The notes: generated from the sequence alone by a model not told the origin. A DNA stretch of 60,129 nt, filler included, from Circinaria calcarea (GCA_051942165.1; 6 parts of 6 records of this genome joined end to end with filler, not necessarily neighbours in it); one strand, 5' to 3'; numbered from the whole stretch's first letter, positions 27,301 through 40,088 are shown. Numbers and translations: made by a program.

Positions 27301-27741
27301 CTAACATTTTTTCCAGATCAACCCTGACTTACATGTAGGACGTATGACATAGTTTATCGTCAAGGTCCCAAAGTTCACGGCATTCGACTCCGGATATAAG
27401 ACTGGGATGTTGCCACACCGACGACAGCCGAATTCGTCTAGCTGCTCCAGGAGGGATAGCGCCATCGCACCGCTGAGTGGCTCCTCGATATATTCGAAAT
27501 AGGCGCAGATGGGACTTTGGTAGTTGGAGACACATGCGATTAGCTCCCCAGCTGTATAATTCCGATCATGCGGGATCGGCAGGGACCTCAGCTCTCCGAT
27601 GAGATTGTCCTCCACGTATTTACTGTTGCAATAGTAACTGCCTTTGCAGTTAATGCCGTCGCGGCTGTTGTGGCCGGTGGCGAAAGAGATGAGGGATATG
27701 GCGAAGAGAAGGGACACTGTGAGGACGACGGGAAAGTGCAT
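27301..27741 (-). CDS. Secreted KP4 killer-toxin-like protein
   Basis: Hydrophobic signal peptide, then GINCKGSYYC..YTAGELIAC..ICAYF..LDEFGCRRCGNIPV..GTLTINYV. Matches the KP4 pattern GINCRGS..C / HGCRVCGS.P / G.LTVNYV. Confidence 0.9.
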   Translation of the reverse strand: MHFPVVLTVSLLFAISLISFATGHNSRDGINCKGSYYCNSKYVEDNLIGELRSLPIPHDRNYTAGELIACVSNYQSPICAYFEYIEEPLSGAMALSLLEQLDEFGCRRCGNIPVLYPESNAVNFGTLTINYVIRPTCKSGLIWKKC

Positions 27742-28707
27742 ATCGCTGGGTATATAATGCTGTTAAGTTCAGTATAAGGTTTGGTATTCCTGACGTGGCT
27801 CACTTACCCGAGGCGTCACTGTGCTATAGGATGGGTTGCGGAGTTTCTGATTTGGCGGTGTTCGTAAAAGCGAGCGAGTTCGGTGATTGTAAAAGTAAAA
27901 GGGGGCCGCAACTGAGCGAAGTCACAATTTTCGAAGAATGTGGGATGAAGCTTAAAATTTGGGAAGTGATGGCAAATCTGTTTTCAATAGTAGACTGTAT
28001 GGTAGGAGGCTACTTGTTATATATTGTCATGCAGAACAGAAGTCCGAGAAAGGAATATAAAGGAGACCCTTCAGTAGAAGCACTATGTTTGCTATGACTT
28101 GACCTAGATTTTGCTACTGAGAGGAAGCTTGAGATTCAACCATGGCTCGCTGGAAAGCCGAAACTTTATAACAGTTAGAATATACTTGCGAAGGAAAGTA
28201 CCGATCGAGTATCAAGTAATCTTCACGAGTTCAGGACGCTTTGGCATTCTTGACTTTGAGTGGTATTCAATCTTACAAAACCATCCGCTGCTTGAATAGA
28301 GTGCCAAAACTCAAATGATCAAAATAGTAACACTAAAGGCAATACAAAATACGGAATACGGAATCATATATAAGACATTTACCCTAATATCATTAGAATT
28401 CATATCCACCATAACAATCAATTTTCCGCTCAAATCACCGTCAAAGAGTCATCGTGTTGTCGCACCATGCCAAAAAGGAGGGAGGATCCATGATTCGCTA
28501 TCTGGCACTCGGACATTGATAGACAAACAGCACGGGTAGCGGTGCTTCAATATTCCGACGCTAACCTTCTTCTATAGATACCATATGTCCAAGGACAAAT
28601 ACACGATCAAAGTCAGCGATACGAAGGACTCCGCTTCAGACTCAACCATGGTGAGACCACTCTCCTCGGGAATATCGACACCACTACCTTCCACATGAGT
28701 TCGGAAT

Positions 28708-29660
28708 ATGAACAATGACCCCCAACCATCCCCCTCAGATCTCCGCTTCAACAATGTCGACTCTAACCCGATACCCCCCGCCCCGGCGGCGCAAGGAACA
28801 CCGTCATCCGAGAGTAATACTCTGCTACATGCAGGCCACATGCGTACCGAAAAGCGGAATGCCTTTCTCGATCACCTGATCCGTAACCTTGACATGTCAA
28901 TTTACTGCGAGCTCTCTATCCTCTACTACATGGAGTAAGGACATTCCCCATCAGGTCTACCCCATCCTTAGCGTTTTCATGGAGCATTGAAAACCCCTCA
29001 GCTAACCTATCTCTCCTCTCCAGCTGCTCCTTCCTCCTCCTCACCCTCCGCGCCCTTCCCCAATTCCTCTACCTGACTCCCAAATCCCTCCTTCTACCCC
29101 CTCCACCCACCAACCAGAAGCAACTCCTCGTAATCCTCCTGACCAATGCCGTATGTCTCCTCTACCACCTCTTCAGCGCACGGCCGGAAGCAGGAGAAGT
29201 CGTGAGAGGCTATCTGCACGGGGGAGTCCTGATTGATTTCGTAGGGGTCAAGGGTCCAGTTGGGAAACTCGCATTGGCCAGTCTGGACTTGCTGGTGACG
29301 GGATTGCAAGTCGGATGTGCAGCCGCTGTGGCGGAGAAGCACAACACAAGGGCCACTGGAGGAGGAGGAGGAGGAGGTGCTGGAAGAAACCACACGATAA
29401 GCAGGGGAACGGGGCAGGATATCGAGGCCGAGGAAGAAGGCCTCCGTCGCTCGCAGGAATTCACGGCCCCGGAAAACACGAGGGCGATCGAGCTCCAGCC
29501 CCTGCGGCGCTCGGCAACCGGTGCGACAGACGAAACGGACATGGAAGACGAGACCACTACCCTCGCTGAACATCCCCTCGATACCTTTGCCGCAGGTCAG
29601 CATATCATTGCCAATCTGCACGTCCTCGACATGATCCGCACGTCGTGGTGGTCGCGCTGA
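28708..29660 (+). CDS. DUF1746 membrane protein (Dsc4, DSC ubiquitin-ligase subunit-like), 2 exons
   Basis: FLDHLIRNLDMSIYCELSILYYME|CSFLLLTLRA..PEAGEVVRGYLHGGVLIDFVG..LDLLVTGLQV. Confidence 0.8.
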
Positions 29661-30057
29661 AGAAAGCGATTCCTCCTAGGAGTAGAAAGACGCTTTGGGA
29701 TGGATTTGCATTATCCCCAAACCCAATGGAATCAAACTTGGCCCCTGGACATAAGGGGGTAGATCTTTGGAAAAGATTTTCGAGTCCTACAGGCCCCGAT
29801 TGTGCCGTTCGCGGTTAGCATAGGAAATCATTACTTTAGGTGCTAGTGAGGTCTTTGGGCCGCCACTTGGGAGGTTAAAATGCGAATCATGAGGTCAAGA
29901 AAGGAGGGGAAACCAGAAAAGCCCTTTGAACTTTCTTCTACGAGAACATAGTATTCCTCCATCCAGCCCCGTCTCTAATGGAAAATTGAAAACCAGTCCT
30001 AACCGCGATCAAGACATCCACATCCCCCTTTCCGATTCCTCTAACCCCCTTTACCCC

Positions 30058-30157
30058 NNNNNNNNNNNNNNNNNNNNNNNNNNNNNNNNNNNNNNNNNNN
30101 NTTAATTAATTAANNNNNNNNNNNNNNNNNNNNNNNNNNNNNNNNNNNNNNNNNNNN
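30058..30157. other. Artificial contig linker
   Basis: N44-TTAATTAATTAA-N44. Confidence 0.97.
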
Positions 30158-31768
30158 GAGTTGTTGTTGATTGTTCTGTGGAAGGGGGGAGGGGGAAAGT
30201 GGAGGAAGAGTGACGTGAGTGATGGGAGGGATGATTGGGGAGTGGAGGAGAAGAGGATGAAGAAGAGGAAGGAGAGGAACCTTGGCGGTGGGTATGGCGA
30301 GTAGGTATGCTAGGTGAAGGACGAAGATATTCCGCATCTTCGTCTCGTTCGTCGAAGCGTTTGCTGTTGTGTTTAGGCCTGATAAGAATACTATCATCTG
30401 AAGAAGAGGTATCGTCGTCGTCGTCATCATCATCATCCTCTAGACTCAACGCTTCGAGAGGGTCGAGGTTCGCTTTTTGGAGGGATTCCCAGACGGCGCG
30501 CTTAAGTTGGGTCATATGTGCTGTGGTAACGGTGTCGGCCTTGGAGATTACGGGTATGACTGTTGTTTTGCCTTGGAGGGCTCGGAGAACTTGGAAATCC
30601 AGGTTTTCTTCCAAAACGCCTAGACGGCTAGGTGTGGATGGCTGCATGTACGATTTGCCGTTGATGAAGCCTCCATTCAACTTTCCTGGTGCTTTTTTTG
30701 CCGCTCCTATGTTCAGGTCCAAACGCAGTGGATCGAGGACAAGGATTACACAATGGATGTGAGTATCACGAACGCCTGGTGATCGAATAACTTTTGTTTC
30801 TTCGTTGAACGTATCTTCAAATTTGCTCTCGAGGAAAGAGGACATTTCTCGGAGTTGAAGGTCGACGATGCTTTTGTCTAGGCCTTCCGAATCCCACAAT
30901 GTGACTCCGATTCTCTCGCCATCGTCCATTTCGGTCTCGAGATAGTGAGAGGTGAAATTTGGAGAACTTCGTGACGATGTATGCTGTTGCGCATCTAAAG
31001 GGTCATCGTGAACGGATGGTCGTTGTTTACGGGGTGGTAAGGCCAATGATGTACGGAGAAATTCGATAAAAGAGGTTTTGCCAGAGTTACGCGCCCCAAC
31101 GATAAGAATACTGCAAGAAGGTCAGAAAAGGGTTGCAGAAGAAATGGTCTGGCAACGTACTTGAACGGAGTGGGATCCTTTCTCCTCCGTACTCTTCTTG
31201 GACTGTTGATGGTACTCATTGCACTGCTTGCATAGCTATTTCTTCCGCGATGTGTCATGCTCTCCGTCCTTGCATACGGGTCTACGTAATCCCCTTTTTT
31301 ATTACCAGGCATCGGCGGTAAAGGTACGTTGTGAGGTCCGTTCGATCGAGTCATATCAGCAACACCACTCGGCAGATCTCGACCTGGACTGTATCCACCC
31401 ATTTTATTCGACACAATGGCCACGCTGTCCGGCCTGGCGTCTTCACCCCCAAACGTCTCCATCTGAGGTGCCCGGGCTATATCTGGAAGCATTGGCTTCG
31501 GGATGTTGGCCGCTTCTCGCTGCTGTTGTAGCAAGTCTTGCTCTTTTGCTTGTGCGAATTGCTTTTTGCTGAGTTTTCCCCCTGAAACGCTCCTTCCGGA
31601 TTTTACACGTTCCATTGATTTTCCGCGTCGAAGGAAGTTGAAGGAAGTATGACGAGGAGTTTGGCGGCCCCGTAAATCATTCTCAGGTACCGTCGGCGAA
31701 GGAACCTCCTCGGTTTCTGGAAACATGCCTGGCATCTGAGAGCCTTGGTTGAGTGATGAGCTGATCAT
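30158..31768 (-). CDS. Septin, AspE-type (group 5); 3' end cut by contig end; start codon uncertain
   Basis: RRVRRRKDPTPF|ILIVGARNSGKTSFI (G1), VTLWDSEGL (G3), RDTHIHCVIL, VIPVISKADT (G4). Intron at about 31111-31160. Confidence 0.85.
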
Positions 31769-32803
31769 TGCGATTAAGGATGAACGGTGGAGCTAATTCT
31801 CGCAGGTAAATTACAGGTGAGGATACGTGACCAGGAAGAGCAAGTGGCCTCGAGAAGTAATGTTAATGCGCGTTTACTCCTGCAGCTTGCGCGTCCAAAA
31901 TTAGGATGAGCGCGCTGATGGGGACATGATATTCCTCTTGAAAGGTCTCACGCGAGATGACGAAAAGTATCCCATACGACCAAGGCAATGTTCGAAGGGG
32001 ATGCGCAACCTGGTGATCTCCTCTCAGGGCCGTCGTACTTCTTCTTAATCTCCCTCGTGTAGTTATCAACGACGGGGATCCCAGGAGATCGGGAAAGCCC
32101 AAAGCCTAGTGCTTCATCCAGGCACCCTGAATTCGATATCCATGCGCTTTCATACGTACTACCCAAAGTCGCGTAATGTCCGATAGATTGATAAGAACGT
32201 GGAGGTAAGTCGGATGACGAAGAGAGTTCAAATATCAAATGGTAGTCAGCCGCGCAGCAAATGCACCAGTCAAGCCCGATGGTCGAAAGTCTACGGAGTA
32301 CGGAACTATCAGCCCAATACGCGGGCAGCCTCAATTGGCCGGGGTACATCGTATCGCCACCTCGAAGATCCAACAGTCTTAATACGACTATGACATACGT
32401 GTAACCCAACAACGATTCTCCCGAAATTAATACTCTGCTACGCCGCCCGCAAAAGTCCATCGTCTCATATCAACAGCTGCCTACGAAAGGAGTCGAGCTC
32501 CCACTTTCCACGTTCCCCGCGCGCTGCTCACGTGCACAAGGGGCCAAACTCTAAAAATCCCGACTTTCACCGAATTGGGAACGTGGTTTTGGCAGTCACC
32601 CAGTACCTGAAATTAGCCTTGAAAACTGCCGACTCGCGCTAGTTTCGTCTATATACTCCGTATTCGCTCAATGCCTCTATACGTTACTGCCCTTTGGTTC
32701 CTGAATTGTATAGATAAGTCTTTGATTAGATTCGACTATTTACCGGAGAATTCCAAACGCTCAATGTCATGATAAGGCTACCGCATCCTCTCCGTATCCC
32801 TAA

Positions 32804-33895
32804 TCACGGCCGCAATACCGGCGACACTACGCACAAGAGACCGTTACTCGGGCAAACCAGCTTACGGTTCAACTGCTTATCCTGCGGTCCCGTCGGCCCT
32901 CCAACGAATTTGGCCGTCGCCGAAATCCCAAGGATGCGCTTTTGCCGGGGATCGGAGAAAGGATACTGCTGATCGCCCCATTTGCCCAAGAAGTAGAGCC
33001 AGTTGGTCGGAAAGCCCGGGTCGTAGGGCGTAAAGGTGTTGGTGTTGGCGTTGAAGCTGTACGAATAGGCACTGAGGGTTGGATCCCAGAGCTTGCCTTG
33101 ATCGGTGTGATCTTCGACAGGTCCGACAGGGAGGTTGAGATTCGGGATCGAGTGGTCGTGGTCACCCTTGATGGCATAGATCGCATGCGAGCCATTCGAA
33201 CTGTACCCAATAGGTCGCAGTCCTTGCTTCTCCAGACATGAATAGGTAAAGGCCTGGCCGTTGCCATGCTGACTGTACCACACTGCTTGCGGGACTCCAT
33301 TCTTGAAACGAATCATGTGATGCTCCCAGTCCCCAACGTGGTTACCTATTTCCTGGTTCAAAATGATGTTGCCTCGATTGTATGCAAAAAAGTACATGTA
33401 GAATGCATCGACGTTTCCGGAGCCGCGGTCGTTCACAATGATGGCGGAGGTCTTCGCGCCGGCTGTGTTGCCGGTGCTGTCGGGTTGGACTCCCTTTAGC
33501 CACGTAGGATTGGTGGTGACGTCGTCGATGGAGGTAAGGTAGATACTGCCTCCACCAAGGCCATTCAGCGAGTCCAAGTTATCCAGTGTCAGAGGGCTGG
33601 GCGCATTTGCGACGACAGTGAAGTTGATTTCGGGTCTGGAATGAGCAAGTTGCGCTCCAATGTCGGACGGCCCATAGGGATCTTGGGAGTGTAGCCAGAC
33701 CAGCGGCGCTGAATTGTATGTGTTAGCTGGGACGCAATCTTGAACCTCTCGACTGCGCATCTCACCGTATTGAGTAACATAGCTCGGGAGAGCAGTTTGC
33801 CGTTGCCCAATCGATGCGGGCAATGCCAATATGTGTTGGAATAACGAGAGCAACATGAAGAGGAGTTGCAACTCCCTAGCGAGGAAGCGAGCCAT
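32804..33895 (-). CDS. Secreted Vps62-related (DUF946) protein, 2 exons
   Basis: Signal peptide; YVTQY|APLVWLHS, DAFYMYFFAYNRG, GNHVGDWEH, YSSNGSHAIYA, GKWGDQQYP, GPTGP. The ORF track reads through a 57-nt in-frame intron (33709-33765). Confidence 0.88.
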   Translation of the reverse strand: MARFLARELQLLFMLLSLFQHILALPASIGQRQTALPSYVTQYGEMRSREVQDCVPANTYNSAPLVWLHSQDPYGPSDIGAQLAHSRPEINFTVVANAPSPLTLDNLDSLNGLGGGSIYLTSIDDVTTNPTWLKGVQPDSTGNTAGAKTSAIIVNDRGSGNVDAFYMYFFAYNRGNIILNQEIGNHVGDWEHHMIRFKNGVPQAVWYSQHGNGQAFTYSCLEKQGLRPIGYSSNGSHAIYAIKGDHDHSIPNLNLPVGPVEDHTDQGKLWDPTLSAYSYSFNANTNTFTPYDPGFPTNWLYFLGKWGDQQYPFSDPRQKRILGISATAKFVGGPTGPQDKQLNRKLVCPSNGLLCVVSPVLRP

Positions 33896-34990
33896 GATAT
33901 TGGGTGAGTCGCGATGACCGCGAGACCACAGTCAGCTGGCTGCTGGGACACTTCATTGTCACCCAGCGCCATGCCGTCTTTATAGTAAATAGCCATACTT
34001 CGTCACACCTCTTTCCTCCTCCGAAGGCCAGCTGAGGAAGAGAGCCACGGAGAGCAACCGACGGCCCTCATTGGATGAGTTGCGAATGACGGGGAGTCCG
34101 GCGGCCGTGTCTGTCTTGGTGTATGTGCAGCTCTACTTCCGAGCCACTGTCGTCTCTGCCCTGGAAAGACATTTGTGACCGACCTTTAAACGGTCTTCGG
34201 AAGACCGAATCCAATGCAGAAAGACAAGGATCCCCTTACTCGCGAGTCTCGTGGTCTCTTTTCAACGTGCTTGCAGAAGAATACTCCGGACCAATGTGTC
34301 AGGTTACACATACCTGTGCAACCTCTACGGAGTACTACAGCTTCCTCTTCGGGCAACCTGTAACGAAGTCGATATTCTATTGGCCAACAGTTAACCCCGA
34401 GCGTTAAAATATTACCACATGCCCCTTCCTGAAGAAACCAATGACGGCCAAGACTCGGGCCACACCTGTCAGTCGCAAACGACTTGGTGGTGTACGGACT
34501 ACATGTCAAGAGGGGGTTCTCTCTCACAGACACCGGAGCGGAAGACTTGTATCGTCGCCAATCATCTCCTCTGTATTTCCATGTGCTTCGGAAGTACTTC
34601 CTAGATGTAGCAGACCGACTCGAACTTCGCGATATTTCGAGCACAGTTTACCTGGATCGCCTATAGACATGCCCATCGCCCGTAGTCGGGTCTACAGCAA
34701 CGGGTACTGGCGGTTTCCCTCGGGTCTTTACCGGGCGACTGAACACTGCGAGGATTGAGACAACGACGGTTTATTAATATTAAGTTCGGAGGATGTAGAA
34801 CAGAGCGAAGGAGATTTTAACGAGATAAAGCGGACTTGCGCGTTTGGTTCAACGAAGACATGGGATTTCCAGTCAATAAACCATTCTGCCTGCTCTCTAT
34901 CCTAAAAATTGTAACCTTTCACGCTCCGGGGTATCTGATGTAAACGCAAACAATTCAAAGCGCCTTTCCAATGCAGTCTCCTCATGTCCC

Positions 34991-36751
34991 TCACTGTTTA
35001 ATGTCCACCGCAATCGAGTTAAGGAAGTTGCACCTCTTCTGCTGGCCGTCATTCACAACCTCCATCGCCGTCGTGTTGGCCTCCAACCTGATCCTCTGCC
35101 ACCCTCCAACCACCCACTTCTCCCACACAGGTGTCCCGGGATGCCGATAAGTGTTCGGATCAAAGCTCCTAATAAAACTGGTCCAATAGCCCTGCATTAC
35201 AGGCACGATGTTTTTATTCGTAGTTTTGTAAGATGCTGGTGCATCTAGATAGTCGGGCCCCCAGATAGCGGCGATCTCAGCTGTATGCGGGACGTTGAGG
35301 CCCGCGGCGACTTGGTCGGGGTCGAGGACGTTGTAGCGGTAGTTCCAGATGAAGGGATTGGAGTGACTGGAGAGCGCGTTGCTGAGCTGGATTCCAGGGC
35401 AGATGTAGCGTGTTTCACCATAAGCGGCGCTGACATGGTGCCAGTAGGGGGCAGGCGTCTGAACATCCAAACGGTAAAAGGTGTTGTATTGAGCTAGCTG
35501 TGCGCGAGTAAGGGTGGGGTATTGGTTGCGGAGGAAGTTTTCCGAGGATGTGATGTCTGTGACGTCTCGAGGGGCGAAGACGGTGCCTTCGTTTGTGTCA
35601 TCGCTAGGAAATTGGATGTCAGGATCGTTTATCCATTAAACTCTGGGGCCTTTTCTAGTGAGCTTACCCGAAGATGGCAGGGACCTTGACGAATTTACCT
35701 TGGAGAAAGGAGCGGATGGGATAGTCTGTAACGAAGTCATAGTCGAGGGTAGGATTGTATGAGAATATAGGCTTGCCAGGAGCGCTAGGGAAAGGAAGGG
35801 AAAGGTCGCCTTTTTGGAAGGTAGCAGTGTCCGTAATTGCTCGCAAACAAGCAAGTGTATCTGCTGCCCCATGACAACCCGTATTAGTGACAAGAGCATC
35901 GTATTGATACTGGCTTTCTTCGACAGTCCGCACAGCTCCAAAGGATTGAGACTCTGCCAAAGCAGCTTGGAATAGGCCATCGTCTCTTCCACCGTAGGCT
36001 ACCATGTGTTGAGTAACTGATCCAGCCCCTGCGCTAGCTCCCCCTAGAGTGACGTGCTTTGGATTTCCGCCAAACTGCATCATTATGCGTTAGCCAATGT
36101 TTGCAACTGGGGGTGTGTAATTTCATACCATGGCAATGTTATTCTGTACCCAGTACAGTAGCTTCCGCTGATCTTTTAGACCGTTATTCAGACTTCCACC
36201 TTTCTGAACTTCCTTGCTTGCCAGAAAACCAAATGGGCCACCGCGATATGTAAATGTGACTACCACCATGTTCATTTGTGCTGCTTCAATTAAGCCGCTA
36301 GCATTGTTCTGTATGAAAGCTCCATTGAAACCACCCCCTGGTATAAATATATAGACTGGCAAATTAGAGGTCTGAGACGCTGATGATGGCGCATATACGT
36401 TAACAAATAAGCAATCTTCTGACCAGCCTGCAGCTGGAGGATCCGGGCCGACACCGAGGCACCCAGGACCGAACTAGATCATAAGGTTAGAAATACTGCC
36501 TGCGTTGAGATCTCGTGCAGTTAACACACCTGATTTGCGCCTTTGATACCATCATGCGCTGAGGGATCTTTCGGTGCTGCAAAACGGAGATGTCCTAATG
36601 GGGCCGCTGCATACCGCATGCCCAACCATCGAGTAATGCCATTGCTTTGTGTTACACCTCGATATTTCCCGTCCGATAGTGACACGACAGAGTCTACGCC
36701 TAAACAACGAACTGTACACAAGACAATTATCACAAGGAGTGTCTGTAGCAT
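34991..36751 (-). CDS. Secreted type-B carboxylesterase/lipase, multi-exon
   Basis: Signal peptide; WLGMRYAAAPLGHLRFAAP, EDCLFVNVYAP, FIPGGGF, FGGNPKHVTLGGASAG (catalytic Ser), DTNEG, HTAE, YWTSFIRSFDPN. Confidence 0.92.
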
Positions 36752-37525
36752 GACTGCTGCCAAAGAAAAAGTAATGTAGACAGGAAAGGAGAAAAGTGGA
36801 ACAAAGGTAGAGCGCGAAGTTGGAGTTGCGGCTCCATTGTACTTTAAGAACAAAGACTCGTGTTGGATGGGCGAGCTACAATCGCATTTATCCGCAAACG
36901 GCCTGCTCTCTTCGGGAATCCGGGAATAGCATCGCAGACTCTGCTGCTTCGCCATTAACAACCCGCTGAGATGTGTGATATTCTCAATTTACCCGATCCT
37001 GTCCGCTGTGGGCAAATGGGGCTTTGACCATTGTGATGCTCTTATTATGTATTCTGCACCAGGTCAAGGTCGTGTCTCGAGACCACAATGCTAGTTCGCG
37101 AGTTCGCGAGAGGTTGTTGGTTCCGTCATTGGGAGCTTCCAACCGGAGGATAGTGGCGAAGCGGTTGGTGAGAATGCGACCGTCTACATAGAGCGGTCCT
37201 TAAGCTTAAATATGAAACGGCGGAACTGGTCAGTGAAGGCGGTGCAATGCTGGAAGTTAGTATTGCGCATTCAAAAGTAATGCAAAGAGTTGTAGACTCG
37301 AGCCACCTATGTATGATGATTCAGAACTGTCTATGGGCGGCAGTAGGTTTGTGTGCAAGTGCCCTGACCGTGTAAAATTACATACTCCGTAGAAATGCGT
37401 GAATTCTCCAGAACGCTGTACTTCCCTGTTATCCGCCAACAGCCGCCAGTAAATACACGCAACCGCGAAAGGTAGACTACAAGTGTTCTTGCAGACGTAG
37501 AAACCAAATATTTAAATGCCATCAT

Positions 37526-39006
37526 TTACTGAAGCTCCATATCGGTGTTCTTGTAGATTTTGATGATGATATTTGGACAGATGCCTGGTATCTCGTTGAG
37601 CTTCAGCGTGTTCAGCCACTTTGCAGTCATGACCATCAATCCTCTAAAGTCCTCCGCATTCCACTTTCTCAGCTCAACTATGCCATCAAATTCAGCGAAT
37701 TTAGCGCCAACATGGTCGATATCGCTACCGTCTGCTCGTAGTTCCCACAAGATTTGGAGTTCCGTGGAGAAAGATCTTGGAGAATCAAACTCGTAGAGGT
37801 GCAGCATACGAACAGTGGAAACACCGACCAGCTCGACGGGGAAATAGGCCTTGGCCAGATGCTTTGGATCGAAATCAGGTAAATCAGGTACCATCGGAGG
37901 AGGGGTTGGTGGTAAATGATCCCCTTGAAGAGATGAGTCAAGTCCTATGGGAGGAGACGTCTGTGATGCATGATCCACTTGGCTGGGAACATGTGTTGCT
38001 ACTTGATGAACTGTTGACGCGTGAACTGCTTGGACTAGAGGACCTGTCGCTACAGGAAGAGTTGTTGCTGCAGGGACTGCCTGAGGGGCTGGTGTTGTGA
38101 CACGAGATGGTGTGTACTCATCCCATTCAATGTAATCCTCCGTGTACCTACTAGTAGTCGTATTTCGGCAACTAGCTTCCTTTACGGTTTTACCATCAAT
38201 GGTCTTCTTTTCAACGTCTCCTGTGGCTTCTTCCCATGATACAGGCGCGTTCGCCTTGCGCTTCTTGAAGAGAACCTGATGTTCCCGCATATACGCTTCG
38301 GTCTTCTCTCGTTCAGTCAATTCAGGTGGGAAGTCGCCGTTATCGACCATTGGGAAGCCGATCCACTTGGTCGTGCGAGGGACAGCGTGGTCGGACTCAT
38401 CCTCGGACGTTTCCCAGCGACGTCTTTTTACTTTCTTTGGTAGCTGTGGTTTCTGTAGGAGGTCCCCAACGCCAACCTTGTTGGTCGAGATGATCTCTCC
38501 ACCTGGCATAATACCGAGGTTACCGTGCTTCACAATCTACATGGATTAATCAATATGACCATAAATACAGGGAGGTGGACATCGGGAGGCTAACAGTATA
38601 TGCCCATTTATTTTCGATACGGTGGCAGATCAAGTCTTGTACCCTCAACACAATCCTGAAAATATCGTCAGTGATATTCAGTTGCAAGGTATAGACTCTG
38701 TTGAACTTACGCGTCGACGCTTCTAGGATACGCGAAGCATTGTGGGTCGGTGTTGCTGGCAGGCCAGATGGTCGGTCCGTACCTATCGACAAAGCTTTTG
38801 GCACGGTCTTCAAACTGGGAGGTACCTCCCCTATCGAAATTATAGGCAATCCTGGTCTCATCTTCCTCAAGCCAACTAGTCAAAAGGTTCCAGCAACCTT
38901 TTGCTTGGTCTGACCAGTTTTTCTTTCCTATGCCATCGCAGGGCGCCAACATGCCTAATTCACTCCAGCATGTTGTCAGAGTTCTTGGTGCCTTTGAATT
39001 TTTCAT
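37526..39006 (-). CDS. Hypothetical (orphan-like) protein, 3 exons; start uncertain
   Basis: Frames join cleanly through introns 38656-38710 (GTAAGT..CTGAC..CAG) and about 38537-38593 (GTTAGC..TAG): ..FVDRYGPTIWP..SVDA|IVLRVQDLICHRIENKWAYT|IVKHG.. into a 335-aa last exon. Confidence 0.6.
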
Positions 39007-39347
39007 ATCTACTAGGTTATTGATGGCTGAGTGATGCTTCCTTGTGAGATTATGAAATTTCCAAATGTTGTTTAAGTAAAAGTCTAGGGTTTGGTTTTGT
39101 GTTGATAAACTTTGTGAGCCGAGCGGATATCGCGCTAACCGGACTTGAAAGTACACTCTTACTTTCGAGGTCTACGACTTGGGAATATCTTTATAATATC
39201 GACTATGATTAAGCATATATGCTGGACGGCTCAATACATATTACCAGGCCGCCCTGTTATAAAGCCCATCCTGCCGGAGAGTTTAAATGGCGTTGGCGTT
39301 GAGATAGTACTGTTAAATGGGTGGAATGCCCAATGCGGAGGCCTCTG

Positions 39348-39642
39348 CTGGACAATCGTTGAACGTCGAGCGCTAGCCACGTTGCACGGCTTACGGAAAA
39401 TTTACTCCGTCCTCGTTGCACGGTCGTGGTTAAACCTAAGCCCGGCCAACGTGGATTACCTGATACGGAAGCCACTGGACCATCGTTGAACGTCGAGCGC
39501 TAGCCACGTTGCACGGCTTACGGAGAATTTACTCCGTCCTTGTTGCCCGGCTATGGTTGAAGTCAAGAGCCGGCTTTGCTTTTCAGGCCGGCCACCATGC
39601 TCAAAAAGGAAGTTTATACCATCGTCGAACTTCGAGCGCTAG
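39348..39642. repeat. Direct repeat: two ~90-bp near-identical units 127 bp apart plus a third partial unit
   Basis: ATCGTTGAACGTCGAGCGCTAGCCACGTTGCACGGCTTACGGA(A/G)AATTTACTCCGTCCT at 39355 and 39482; ATCGTCGAACTTCGAGCGCTAG at 39621. Confidence 0.92.
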
Positions 39643-40088
39643 GTGTGCTGGGTAAATTACCCAGCTGGAGTCTCGTATCCTTTGCCTCCTACCACCAGAA
39701 TCCTGTGAAATAATGATTTTTTCCAAGGGCATACAAAATTCAATTACCCAGCGCACCCCAAGAAAGAGTCCTTACAACCTTTTGCGTATATCTTGATAGC
39801 TTGTGCATCTCTCCACAATGCCAAAACAAGGAGATTTTTCCAATTAGGTATTGCTCCTGTCTGCTTGGTTTCCTCTCCCTCCCTCCCTCCCTTCCTCCTA
39901 AGACCACATTGCATGATCGTGCCACTTCTCCCATTGAGTGCGACGAACCACCTTTTTTGCAAGTCGCCTCACCCCCACACTCGTAACTCGGCTTGAAACT
40001 CATACAACCCCTTTTCCATATCCGTAACTCGTGAAAAAAGCCATCACACTCCCCTCCAAATTTAGACCTGGATGATCTCCCCCTTCCC

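Noticed and set aside
30040..30057. Telomere-like CTAACCCC at contig end
   Set aside because: Not a tandem (CCCTAA)n array; ordinary C/T-rich low-complexity sequence like other contig ends.
34123..34780. Coding-looking fragments between the Vps62-like and esterase genes
   Set aside because: Short ORFs in different frames with no recognisable motif or clear splice model; may be a relic but cannot be supported.
39348..39642. CRISPR-like repeat-spacer array
   Set aside because: Only 2-3 long, unequal units in a eukaryotic context with no cas genes; a simple tandem duplication explains it.
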